Source of the DNA: Euglena gracilis
Lineage: Eukaryota
Reading direction: 5' to 3'
NCBI GenBank assembly: GCA_039621445.1
Contig: CP154954.1
Location: 16,138,140 to 16,202,139, forward strand
Length of the DNA: 64,000 nucleotides
The translations under genes were made by a program, and so were the position numbers. Under the pieces are notes generated by a model. The model ran no database searches. It worked only from the letters and a program-made list of their open reading frames with translations, and was not told where the DNA came from. Shown here piece by piece: positions 14,800 through 25,588 of the stretch (position 1 is its first letter; every line of letters begins with the position of its first letter).

Positions 14800-16064
14800 T
14801 CAACGTCAGCAGAGGTGGTGGGAATGGTCAGTAAAAACTTGGCAACTTGGGCGAGGGCACCACTGTGCTTCGCCCAATACTGCATAAGCGAAACGGAATC
14901 TGAGGGGAACACTTGCTCCACGCGGCAATACCGCTGCCAATCCCCTTGAAATTCTGCATCATTCATAGGAAACGAAAGCATGGGGTATTGTGCAGGATCT
15001 TGGGACATGTCCGGAAGATTCCGAGGATTGAGAATTCGAATTTCTCGATAAAATTGCCATTGCTTTGGCCACCTGTCCATGACGGTGTCACAATACCTTG
15101 CCCCTCTTTTTGCAGCCAAATACAGAGTGGATCGCAGAGGTGTTCCATCTTTCAGGCTTCCTAGCAAAGCCTCCACTCGTGGCGAGAAAACGGCCCCTTC
15201 CCTTGCAAGCTTTGACAGCAAGCGACAATCATGTGCAGCACCGACTGTCCGCGGCTGTCCGTCGTCTCATCGAAGCTGACGGCCACGTCCTGGTTCGCCA
15301 GACGACGCCGCAACTCCGCAACGTGCCTCTGTGCGGGAAACAGTAATGATCATGAACTGAAAATTTATATCGGAAACCGAAACACAAACAATGCAACCAA
15401 CTTCCAATAAAGACAAGTCAAAGAGTACAAGGGGGAGAGGGCAACATAACACCTTGTAGACGCATTCCACCGAAGGCTTCATGTCCTTCTGGTCCTTGGG
15501 ATAACACCCTGAAAACTTCGTTGCCTTTCCAAAGAAACCCCTCAGGCTGGGGTGCGCGATCTTCTCCAAAGGTATGCCTACCAGAAAAAGGAGGCATTCC
15601 AGGACATTTACGAACATGGAGAGTATACCTGCTGCTAGGAATGCAGCACAAAGGTCATCGTGAACATCGTTGATTTCCGTTCTTGCTGTAAGCAACTTTT
15701 TCAAATCAGCTTGAACCTGTTAAAAAAAAAACAAATTATCTACCTGGAATGGAATGTGGAAAACGCACCTTTGCACGTTCAGGCACTTTTGGATTCAGAT
15801 TCTGTGTGGACGAGGCTTCATCTTGTACCTCCGCCGTTGGGGTGGCAATCTGAAAGTGAGGAAGCGGTCGTCAGACACAAAAAAAAATACATACCGGGGC
15901 TTTTGGTCTTGTTGCCTTCTTCTTTGCCAATTCAACATGGCCAGCTTGCTTCACGTGTTGATTTGCAACACTCTTCCGGCGGTGGTCAATGGGCTTCTGG
16001 CAAGCCACACACCACATTGACTCACCTCGGACTTCAAAAATACCAAATGGGAATTGCTTGCAAC

Positions 16065-16124
16065 AGCAGCATATTCTGGCTCCACCCAAATTTTCCACAC
16101 GTTTTTTGGAGCCGGAATATGTAC
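16065..16124 (-). other. Intermediate-type intron (GT start, non-AG hairpin end), 60 nt
   Basis: Minus strand C|GTACATATTCCGGCTCCA...TGGAGCCAGAATATGCTGCT|G. A 15-bp stem with one mismatch runs from +4 and -6. Removal gives TPSSRCKQF, which aligns with CGGBP1 TPLDRVTEF. Confidence 0.78.
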
Positions 16125-18935
16125 GGGAGCTTGGAGTTGACTTCGCTCCGTAATTGAACTTCCTCTTCTTTTGACGTGAATCTTCCTCTTCTTCTTCTTC
16201 TTCTTCTTCAGGGGGGACTTCACCCTCGTCCACCAAACCTCCTTCCAGAATTGCTTCCACTTGAGTGTCGGCCATGATGCAAGCTGAAATGACAAAAACA
16301 AGCTCGGAAAACATCCACTCCTCTGCAAAGCTGCCTTTTAATAGGGTGAAAGTATCAAAGACCCCAGGCAACTGCAGAGGGACCACGGACCATGGCGACC
16401 AACAACAAAAAAAAATTTTCCAGGACAAAATATTTTATGCAAAAAAATGCAAAAAAATGCAAAAAAATTCAAATTTCGGGAAAAGCCGATTATGCAAAAA
16501 AATGCAAATTATGCAAGTTGCATTTCCCCCCCCCTGCATTAATACCTATCTCCAACAACAACCCATAATAAGCAATAAATGTGCAAAATTGTGAATGTTT
16601 CAATCAGTTTTTTGGGAGGCAATCCGCCTGGAGGTGTACGTGGTCTCACCACATTCTGCACAAAGGGCCACTCACTTTGAAGCTCAGTAAGCCTGCCTCA
16701 CCACACTGTCTGCCCAACGTCGAAGACGCCTGGCCAATGTCACTGCTTTGGTGCTGTCATCGTCGGTCAAACATGAAGGCAGCACCTTGCAGGCCACAGG
16801 CAGCTGTAGCAGACACCAGGGGAGGGGGGTGGGAGAGGTTTGGTTTTGGGGTGCCGCCGAGGGCGAGGGGAAGATAATGTGGGGCCAGCCACGCCAACAA
16901 ACCGTCGTCCCAATTGCCCAGGCCAGGTGACTGGCATGGATTAGACACCTACCCCTTGGGAGGATGGGGTTTGGACTGACCCCCTGTAAACTTTCTGGGC
17001 CAATCTTTTTTGGCACCTTGGCAGTATCCAAAAAACATCCATGGATCTATTCAATGCGCTTTGGAAAAGTAATTTGGTGTCAAATGGCTTCTATTTCAGA
17101 GGACAACAAAAAATTACAGCATTTCGGGTTATTGGTGTCCATCAGACTTTTTGGAGGAAACATTTTGTCAAAAAAAAAAAGAAACTGACGTGAAAAGCCA
17201 GTAGGGAGAATCTGTCCTGTTTGGTGGGATCTCTGGGTATCCTGTAGGGTTTGATGCAGGTGATGGTGTCTGAGAAAGTTTGGGTCACTGGAACCCCCCC
17301 AAGACTGAGGTGCACTCAGGGTCAATACAGTCGGGCCGGAAATAGATTTTTGACAATTCATTTGGGGGGGGGGCGTCAATGTCCCCGAGGAGTTGCGGAG
17401 GTCCCCAGAAACAACCTCACATTGATTTTTCCATGGACACTATCAGCATCTGCCTGGTGGCGTGGACGACCGATCCACCTTCTCCTTTCCTCCAAAAAAA
17501 AAACTAATCTGCTGATTTTGCACAATTCTGATGAGCAACTTTGCGACGGACACAAAACCCAAGGTATCGCAAGGCCCTACTACTACCGATACTAAATGCC
17601 TGACCTTGCTGCGGTGTCCTGACGACCGTGTCGACACAGTGGTGCCCTGTTTTATGTTGGTGTGAAATAACAAGTGTGGCCCACACCGTCCATCGGATGG
17701 GGAGAGGCCAAAGGGAAGTAATCGCAGAAGGGAGCCAACATTGCTGCCCAGAATCCTCGGAAAGGGAAATTTCCCCTGCGGATTCGAGGAGTGGCTGGGG
17801 TTCTCAGCAAGACCGGCTGTCCTGGCACGGTGGACAGGCCACGCGTGGCACAGGGCGGGGCGCTAATGGGTCAAAAAAAAAGCCAATACTGCTGGGGGAG
17901 AGGCAAGAGAGACAGAACCACATGGGTTGGCACAGTGGCAGCACAGGGTTGGCTTGTCTCATATTCATATGCAAAATTTGCAATTTGCCACCCCAGTGCC
18001 TGTGCATTGCCTTTCAGGGTTTCTCCGGTTTCCGTGCTGGCCGAGGCCAAAATGTATCCGTGATTTTCCGTGATTTTCCGTCTATTTCCTATTTTATTTT
18101 TTAAAAAAAAAAAAAAACCATATTCCATATCAAATCATATCCCTCTGCCTCATCCGTGAATATCCGTGAATTTTTGTGATTTCTGTAAAAATGGCCTCGC
18201 GCCTTTTTTCCGTGATCCTCCATGAATTTCATTAATTTCCTTTTCAGGAAGTGGAAGGATCCCTATGCTTTTACGCCGTTGAAAAACGATTCTCTTCGTT
18301 TCACATCATCACCAAGAAGGAAAAATTACTTTTCCAATTACAAATAAATCACATCACCAGAAAACTTAAAAAAGCATGGGGGTAGGTCGGTGCGAAAAGA
18401 ATTAGCTCTCTCCAAAAAAACTGGTGACTTAATTCTGAGGACATTTGGAGGAATCGTTTCTGATTGAAGCGAGCAATGCTTCCGCTTGAGCAGTGTTCAG
18501 TGGTGGTCCTGCCCACCCCAGCATGCCAACTGTAGGTTGCATGCTGGTCCGCCTGCATGGAGGCAAAAAAGAACAGCGCACGAACGTAGAAATTGAACAT
18601 CACAAGTATTAGCAAAACATTTTTCATAATTGCTGAAGAGTTGGGGAAAGCCTTCAGAACGGGTGGCTGATGTTTCTTTGGGTGAACATCTGGAAAAGAA
18701 TTTTGATTTTCGCCGAAATTCTGGTGACACCACTTTTCAGAATACATTATTCAGAGTTTCATCAGAGAATGCATCGTCCATTCATTACAATACATCGTCC
18801 AGAATCAAATATTTCATATCTGAAGAATTAAAGCAGACAACAAAACACCATTCCTTTCCCCGTCCAGCCTCACCCCTGTGAATGGAACCCGAAAGAGCAA
18901 ATCCAGGAAAACCAAGCGCTGTCTCCAGTCCAGAC

Positions 18936-19246
18936 CAGGGCGGTCCTTAAGCAAATAAAAAAAAAACTCCGCTGTCCCAGCAGACTCAATAAAAATATAC
19001 AGGAAAATGGGCAAATAAATTTGGCATTATTCGGTGAGAACAGGTCGACACCAGGGAAAAAAACTGGTTCTTGGCATCCTTGGACCATCGCCCATCCACC
19101 CAAATCATCAAAAACTGTGTTTTTTGGACTTTTTAATTTTGGACCCCGTTCAAGTCCCAGTCCGGCCCTTGGTCGGCCCTTTGGCCGAAAGGGGGGCGGT
19201 CCTTAAGGAAAAAAAAATTTTTTTCTGTCCCTTAAAGACCGCCCTG
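18936..19246. mobile_element. hAT-type MITE, 8-bp TSD
   Basis: TIR CAGGGCGGTC(C/T)TTAAG; TSD GTCCAGAC at 18928-18935 and 19247-19254; single copy at the empty site 42842-42849. Confidence 0.92.
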
Positions 19247-19496
19247 GTCCAGACAAGGGGACAGTTGGTGCAGCAAAAGTATTGAAACCACCGCGGGTGC
19301 GGTGCCATTCACACAAGGGGGGGGGATTTCGGGCCAGGAAACAGCATTTTGCAATCCGGCGAAGCAACCCTGCCGTCTGCTCTCTGCTTGTGGTGTGAGT
19401 TGACCAATTCAAAATTGGCCAAAAGGGGCCAAACGGTGCGACTGTGTGTGTGGTGACTGCAGGCGAGAGGGCTGCGAAGTGCCCGCTAGGCAGGAA

Positions 19497-20865
19497 CAGA
19501 CATTCATTTAGTGTGGTTCACATAAGTCGTGTGAACCACAAATTTTTTTTGGTGTCCACAGGTGTACCACAAAAAAAATTTTGGTGTCCACAGGTGAACC
19601 ACAAAATATTTTTTGGTGTCCACATGTGAACCACAAAAAAAATTTGGTGTCCACAAAAATTTTTGTTGCGCCAGAACTTGATTGAGGATGGAAAAAAAAT
19701 TCAATTCTCATGTGTTGTGACAGTGCGAGTCCTGTATTGAATAGTTGGCATCGCAAGCACATTCCCTTTTTTTCAGCACCTGAAACCTTTGGATGCTGCC
19801 AAATTGATGGCAAACCGAACACCACATTCCAATGTTTGGATCATAATTCAACCAATCTCAGTTATTTTGACATGCGGGTCGAAACTTATGCCCATATTCT
19901 TTTCGATATGGGAAAAGAGGTTTTGTTTTTCTTTGGAGAAGGTCAGCCTCCAGATCCCTAGCTGAAATTCACCGTTTGAAAATTCACCAGGGCCGGACCC
20001 CCTCCACCCCCCCCTCTGCCGAACCCAACGGTGAACTTCACGGCGAACCCACCAGTGAAGTTCATCACAAGAATGGTCAAAAACTTAAGAATTCAACTTT
20101 CATTGAACTTTTGGGCTATTTTTGCTTTTGGATATCGCTACTGTCTCGCCGCCCTTCGGGCAGCAAAACATGGGAGGTTAGGCAGTACGGGGGGGCGGCT
20201 GTGGACTTCACCGGTGAATGGAGGTTCGGCACGTCTGACGAGGACCCTCGGCAACCAGGGGGGGGGTCCCATTTTGCCGTGCCGAGGGGGTCAGTCCCCC
20301 AGGGGGGGGGTCCACCGTGGCGGACAGCCGGAATTTCCCAAAGGATTCCATACCAAATTCATTGGTATGGTTCGGCATGCCGTGCCGAGGGGCTTGGCTG
20401 ACCAGGGGGGTCCCCATTTTTCCATGCCGAGGGGGTCCGACCACCAGGGGGGGGGGGGTGGCTGCCGAACTTCCAATGTTCACCAGGGGGGGGGGGTACT
20501 TTCGGCGGTGTAGTTCACCGGTGAAGTTCACCGATAAACTTCATTGTTTTTGATGGTGGGGGTGAATTTTTGATGGGTTAATTAATTGCTCCTTTTCCTC
20601 TCAAAATGGTGCGGACGCTGTTGGGCAAACATGTTCAAAGAAGATTGCTTCACCGCTGTTGAGGAGAAAGGTAACAATACAAATGTCAGCAGGCGGTGGG
20701 AAATTTTCTTGGTGTCCACATGTGAACCGCAAAAAATTTTTTGGTGTCCACAGGTGAACCACAAAAAAATTTTTGGTGTCCATACGTGAACCACAAAAAA
20801 AAATTTGGTGTCCACAATGAACCACAAAATGGCAACCTTGGTGTACCACACTAAATGAATGTCTG
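19497..20865. mobile_element. hAT-type non-autonomous element, 8-bp TSD, with subterminal repeat arrays
   Basis: 20-bp perfect TIR CAGACATTCATTTAGTGTGG; TSD GGCAGGAA at 19489-19496 and 20866-20873; empty site GGCGGGAA at 10646-10653; ~30-bp TTGGTGTCCACAxGTGAACCACAAAA repeats near both ends. Confidence 0.92.
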
Positions 20866-21031
20866 GGCAGGAACCCCACGCCAGTTAATCCTAACCAGGC
20901 CACTGAAGCCTGGGTTTGGCTGCGCAGGGCAGGCTCCAGACCGTAGGGCAGGGAGGTGCTTGACCCGGGTTTGGGGGGGAGGGGGTGGTGTTGGGTGCCG
21001 GGCAATCCGGACTGGGCCAATGAACCTGGAG

Positions 21032-21286
21032 CAGAGGTTTTTTTAAGACCGGGGGGAGGGGGGTCCCCCCCGCCCACCCACCCCCTGGCCCCCCCGGGGG
21101 GGGGGGGTCCGGAGCCACTCAAAAATTGCGGGAAATTCCAAAAATAGCACCTTTTCAAAAACTCTCGGCGCCTTCGGCACCGAAAAGTATATCCCACTCC
21201 CCCCTAGGGACCCGGGGGGGGGGGGGGGGTCAGCCGGACCCCCCCCCCCTCCCCCCCCCGGGGGGCCCCGACAAAAAAAACCCCTG
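21032..21286. mobile_element. hAT-type MITE, 8-bp TSD (truncated paralogue at ~10810-10935)
   Basis: Ends CAGAGGTTTTTT / AAAAAACCCCTG; TSD ACCTGGAG at 21024-21031 and 21287-21294; absent in the right arm (~42435-42455). Confidence 0.88.
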
Positions 21287-24185
21287 ACCTGGAGGCAGTT
21301 GGAAGTTCAGTGCCAAAATGTGCACATTTTCTGAGTGGTGCTGTAGCAAACCCGTCAGTGTGCCTAATGTGGTGCCCAGGAGCCTGATTCTCACAAACCA
21401 AGGGGTGGGGAGCGGAATTCTGGGTGCTGTCCAGGAAGGCACCCTCCCCCTCGGTTGCACCTTCTCCCTTGAACTTGACACGCCAAAATACGGGTGAAAT
21501 GCGGCCAATAAGGCGCCAGTGTATGAATGCTTGCGTAATAAATTTGGCTGGAGGAACATCTAGTTGTCCAGATTTTCAGCAGTCATTTTTCTGTCTCACG
21601 TTAATGTCCTGACATTTTCAGTTCGAACAAAAACAATGGATAAAAAAAAATTCCCCAAAACAGAAACCACCACTTCGGCACGGGGGAGAGAACAATGGGA
21701 TTAAAAAAAATTCCTGCAGACAGAAGCCACCACTTCAGCATGAGAGAGGGTGACGAACGAGTCAGTCGCTGAGAGATTTTTTAAAAAAGCATCGCATCGG
21801 TCAGCCACCTCCCTCACATGAAAATACCCAGTTGGCAAAATGCACTCCGGGGTGGGTCACCTCGCAGAAAGCCTGAGGAAGCCTCAGCAAGCTGGAAAGC
21901 GTTGGGAGAGGATCTCACGCCATCCTTTCCTGCCCCTTGGTTCCATCTTTACCCGCCTCCCCACTCCGGAAACTGTCCCCAGACAAATCAGCAAGCACCG
22001 ATGTAGGAGGCAGGTCAGCAAATACGGAGAGGGGGGGTGGGGCTGGGTGACAGCGAAAAAAGTCAAAAAATTCGACCGCCGGCAGACAGAAAATCCGACA
22101 ACACAATTTTTCGCAAGTTTGGGATAAGCTTGAAAGCAATGTTCGGAGTTCTTTTCAACTCAGGAATCTGCTTCTTCAAGAAAAAAAGTGAAAATTTTCA
22201 AACAATCGTTGGGAGACAAGGTGCGGGGAGAGAGGAGGACAGGTGCCCCCAATGAAGACAGGTTGGCGAATATGGAGGGAAGAGAACAGGCTCCCTGGGG
22301 GGAACAGGATTCCAACCTCAGAGTTTTTCAAAGGAACTTCATTGAATTTTAACCTCGACATGTTGGCCAGTACCTGGGGACCTGGCAGCTTCGCTGGTGG
22401 GCTGCTGACAGGTTCCCGGTCATGACAGCTTACTGAGAGGGGGGTGACGGCCAATTCTTCGACCCATTTCTGGAAACGTCTTTCTGCAACCAAGCTCCAA
22501 AACTTTGGAAATTCTGCATCATGCCCTTGCTCCAACTTTACACCTTCCACCCAGAATGGGTTGGAAAAGAAACCTCACGAACATTTTTTTCCAACCTCTG
22601 CAAACCGCCGCTAATCAGACCACCACCGCCACCCCCATTTCCAAGTCAGGTCTGGTTGCAAGGAAGGAGCGCTCAAAAGGCATGCTAGGTTGCCCACCAA
22701 TCGCACTCTGTTCTCTGGGAGAGAAAGCATATAACAGGGCCATGACAGGCATGCATGTGAATGAGCCGCGCGTCGGAGAGGGGTTGGACATTGCACAGCA
22801 GCTCTCCACTGGACCAGGCGTAAGCTACATCCCCACAGGGAAAAATTAGGGGGAAAGATGGGAAATAATTCCAAGCTTCTTTTTACCAAACTCTGGGGGA
22901 GGGGATGCCTAGCAGGCTTCAGTTTACCAACTCTGGGGGAGGGGGGGGGTTCGTCCTGTAATAAAAAAAAAGCGCTTACCTGTACCGGTGGTGCAAGCTT
23001 CCTTCAAAAATCTTGGAAGGGTCATTCGTCAGTGAAGAGGCAATACACAACACAGCAACAGAAAATAGACGCCGACACACCAGCGTTGAGGCAGAAGTTG
23101 ACGCCATCCCAACTCAAGCAAGGTCAGGTATTTTGATATGTCTACATTATACTGCTACTCCGACAGCGCCTGGGTTAAGTAGTTCTGCAATAAAATTGGC
23201 TAGGTGGTATGACCTCCAGGGGGCTGGGAGCCATGGCAGGAGGTGGGCGATTTTGACGGTGTCACAATTTGGACCTTACACTGGCATGGATTCTGTGTCT
23301 GTTGCAGGAGGATCAAAAGAGCTCATGCATAGTGTGTGGATGAAGAGCAAGAAAAAAAAAACTTTCTGTTTCATTGGCCTCACAATTACGGGATGCGATC
23401 AGAACAGTGACGGGTTTCTTCTTCCGCTAAAAGCCGGGTTGAACAGACTGACTATTCATTTGCAACTCAACCACTGCGGAAATGCGGCACGACTCACCTG
23501 GTGCCACGTCCAATTTTGACGGCAAACCATCCGGCACCCTTTGAAACCTGGCACGTGTACTCCACCACAATTCTGTCAACAGAAAATGCTCGAGATTTTG
23601 TTGTTAAAATCATTCTTTGGGGTTGTAACGAGCAGATTTTTTCCACACATCCTGAGTAATTGTCCCGTTATGCAAATTAAGCTGAGATGGTGCCAAATCG
23701 AACGCTCTTATTCTGTTGTGCCGGCAAAAGTTCTCTGATGCGATAAAATCCATGTTCCTTTGCGCAATTGCACAAAAGAACATAGCACAAACATTCCAAG
23801 AAGAATGTACAATTGTTAAACTAACACACTGAACCTTTTTTTTGTTTGGGCACTGCAAATTCTGTAATGATGTCGCAAAGCAGCCGGTCCCACCGTCGCG
23901 GTATGCGGACTACGCCTGCCTCTGCCAAAATGGGGAAGATCCTGGGCAGATGCGTCCAGGAGCACTTCGTGGAGGGCTATGAGGTGTTTGTGGCCAATGC
24001 CCAGATGACCCCTACTGAACTTAATCATCCAGATGCCCACACCCAGGTCCTGCTGATTACCAACAGCGCCTGCTTGGAGTACCTGCTGGTGGAGTTGTGA
24101 TGGCAGCTGCGACTCAACTGGACAGAGTTGCTGCTGCGGGATGCCTAGGTCCTGTACCGTACAGTGCGCCACCGCGACTGCCCTA

Positions 24186-25588
24186 CAGGTTGCCAACACA
24201 AAAAAACATACCCCCCCCCTGACAGCACAAAAAAACATACCCCCCATCTGGTGAGTAAAGCTATAAGCAGCAATGCGGCGAATCAAGCGCTGGATTTGCC
24301 GCGAATGCAACCGTCATGCAAAAGGGCGGGGTATGGGAAGGTCAGTAGTGGGTGTGTCCACCGCGAGCCGCAATGACAGCCCGCATGCGGTTAGGCATGC
24401 TGTCATAAAATGCTTTGACCTGTTCGGGGGAGATTTCTGCGAAGGCAGCTTGCAGAGCCGACCACAAATGGTCTTTGCCCGCAAACACATGCCCACGCAA
24501 CTTGTGCAGCACCATGGCGGAAACGCCTGGTGTTTGCACGCCAATATTCGACATATTCACAATCCATTGTGCAGGACTGCGGGCTACCGCTTCCAGCAGG
24601 ACGGGGCTTCTCCCCACCGTGCGCGGAGTACCACAGCGTGGATGAGGTGGAAGCGAGTGCTGCGCTTCAACGGAGGGGTTTGGCCACCACAGTCGCCAGA
24701 CCTTAACCCCATTCGGACTTACCGGGGAGCTGCTGCATGAGGCTGAACGGCGCGGCCATGTGGTTTGGGGGGGGGGCCGGTGGCGGAGGCTAGCCGGAGA
24801 ACCCTGTCAGGGGAAGAGCAGGGGTGGTTAGGCCTGAGATCTCTGGTCTCCAGGGAAACCACGGGCTGGCACCCCGTGCCCCCTTTTTGCTAGGGGAAAG
24901 AATTGTTACCAAACCCAAACTGTTCACCGAGGACAGTAATGGCTTCCTTGCTGCGGTTTGGCAGCACAAGCCCGCCTTCCGTAGAATTGTACGGATGAAT
25001 TCTGGAGATGGTTTTGGCGGTATCTGAAATTCACACAAAAAAAGCATATGCATAACGATTGACAAACACGCCTTAACCACTGCCCCTGCTGGACGGGCTA
25101 ACAATGCGGTGCTAACTCGGAGGAAATGCTCGTCGGCGATTTGTTTGCAACTCCAAAAAAGGGTTTTTCATTGCCACTTTTAATACACCTCTTCGAAACC
25201 TGTGGGAATTAAGGAATGGAATATAATTTATTGCAAACGTCGCACACCGTTCTGAATATTTCTTTGCCTTTTGCTGATTGGATCCCGATCCAACTTTGCG
25301 ATCAAGCGTGCCGCGTTCTTTGAATCTGGATGCCATACCTGGGATAAGTGGCTGGTGTGAATTGTGTACAAGCTGGGTATATACCTTGCACTGTAGCTTT
25401 GGATATTTTCTCATGATTTGCAATCTTATTGAGCGACCAGGGTGGAACAAAAGAGAGATACGTCTCCACGCGCTTGCTTAAAGCCGCTCTGTCGGCAGTG
25501 CTCATTTTTGGGGGCATGAGAGCAACTGGGGACAAAATGGAAAGGGGAATTTGCTTTTGGGGGGTATGTTTTTTGTGCTGGCAACCTG
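24186..25588 (-). mobile_element. Tc1/mariner-superfamily (Tc1-like) DNA transposon, defective
   Basis: TIRs CAGGTTGCCA(A/G)CACAAAAAA(A)CATACCCCC; TA on both sides (24184-85, 25589-90); the homologous site in the right arm has a single TA (39615-39616). Confidence 0.95.
24342..25517 (-). pseudogene. Tc1-like transposase remnant with spliceosomal introns and an internal inversion
   Basis: Minus-strand exons: MPPKMSTADRAAL...SLNKIANHEKISKATVQGMASRFKERGTLDRKVGSG (HTH), IRTILRKAGL...AARKPLLS, and C-terminal LWSALQAAFAEI...SMPNRMRAVIAARGGHTHY*. Introns 25339-25384 and 25200-25247 (GT-AG) and 25024-25071 (GC-AG). FQQDGASPH...WPPQSPDLNPI lies on the + strand (24575-24713). The first catalytic Asp region is absent. 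Confidence 0.9.

Larger units (their letters stand above)
14613..16275 (-). pseudogene. Intron-containing hAT transposase remnant: CGGBP1-like BED zinc finger, DNA-binding/dimerisation region, first catalytic Asp, C-terminal hATC region
   Basis: Spliced reading: MADTQ...TPSSRCKQFPFGIFEVRGESMWCVACQKPIDHRRKSVANQHVKQAGH (C2H2, resembles CGGBP1); DLCAAFLAAGIPLEKIAHPSLRGFF (cf. CGGBP1 IPLEKADHP); VAVSFDETTD; then a frame jump near 15220 to LMQYW...LLTIPTTSADVERSFS...FNGDLEGRFA*. GT-AG introns at 15329-15452, 15578-15628 and two more between ~15717 and 15893. Hairpin introns at 14734-14799 and 16065-16124. The central catalytic/insertion region is missing. Confidence 0.88.
14349..16536 (-). mobile_element. 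hAT DNA transposon (CGGBP1-like transposase), internally deleted, 7-bp TSD
   Basis: TIRs CAGGGGGGGGGAAAATGCAACT / AGTTGCATTTCCCCCCCCCTG; TSD CATTAAT at 14342-14348 and 16537-16543; absent at the homologous site in copy A (~8038-8044); subterminal AAAATGC arrays; internal transposase exons. Confidence 0.93.
13284..24185 (+). repeat. Direct tandem duplication, copy B (expanded by hAT and MITE insertions)
   Basis: Collinear with copy A; extra insertions at 14349-16536, 18936-19246 and 19497-20865. Confidence 0.88.

Noticed and set aside
14613-16275. Domesticated CGGBP1 orthologue or active transposase
   Set aside because: It lies within TIRs and a TSD, is polymorphic between paralogous copies, and lacks the central catalytic region; no gene symbol assigned.
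19530-19660. CRISPR-like ~30-bp repeats (also 20705-20830)
   Set aside because: No unique spacers and no cas genes; these are subterminal repeats inside a TIR/TSD-bounded element in eukaryotic DNA.
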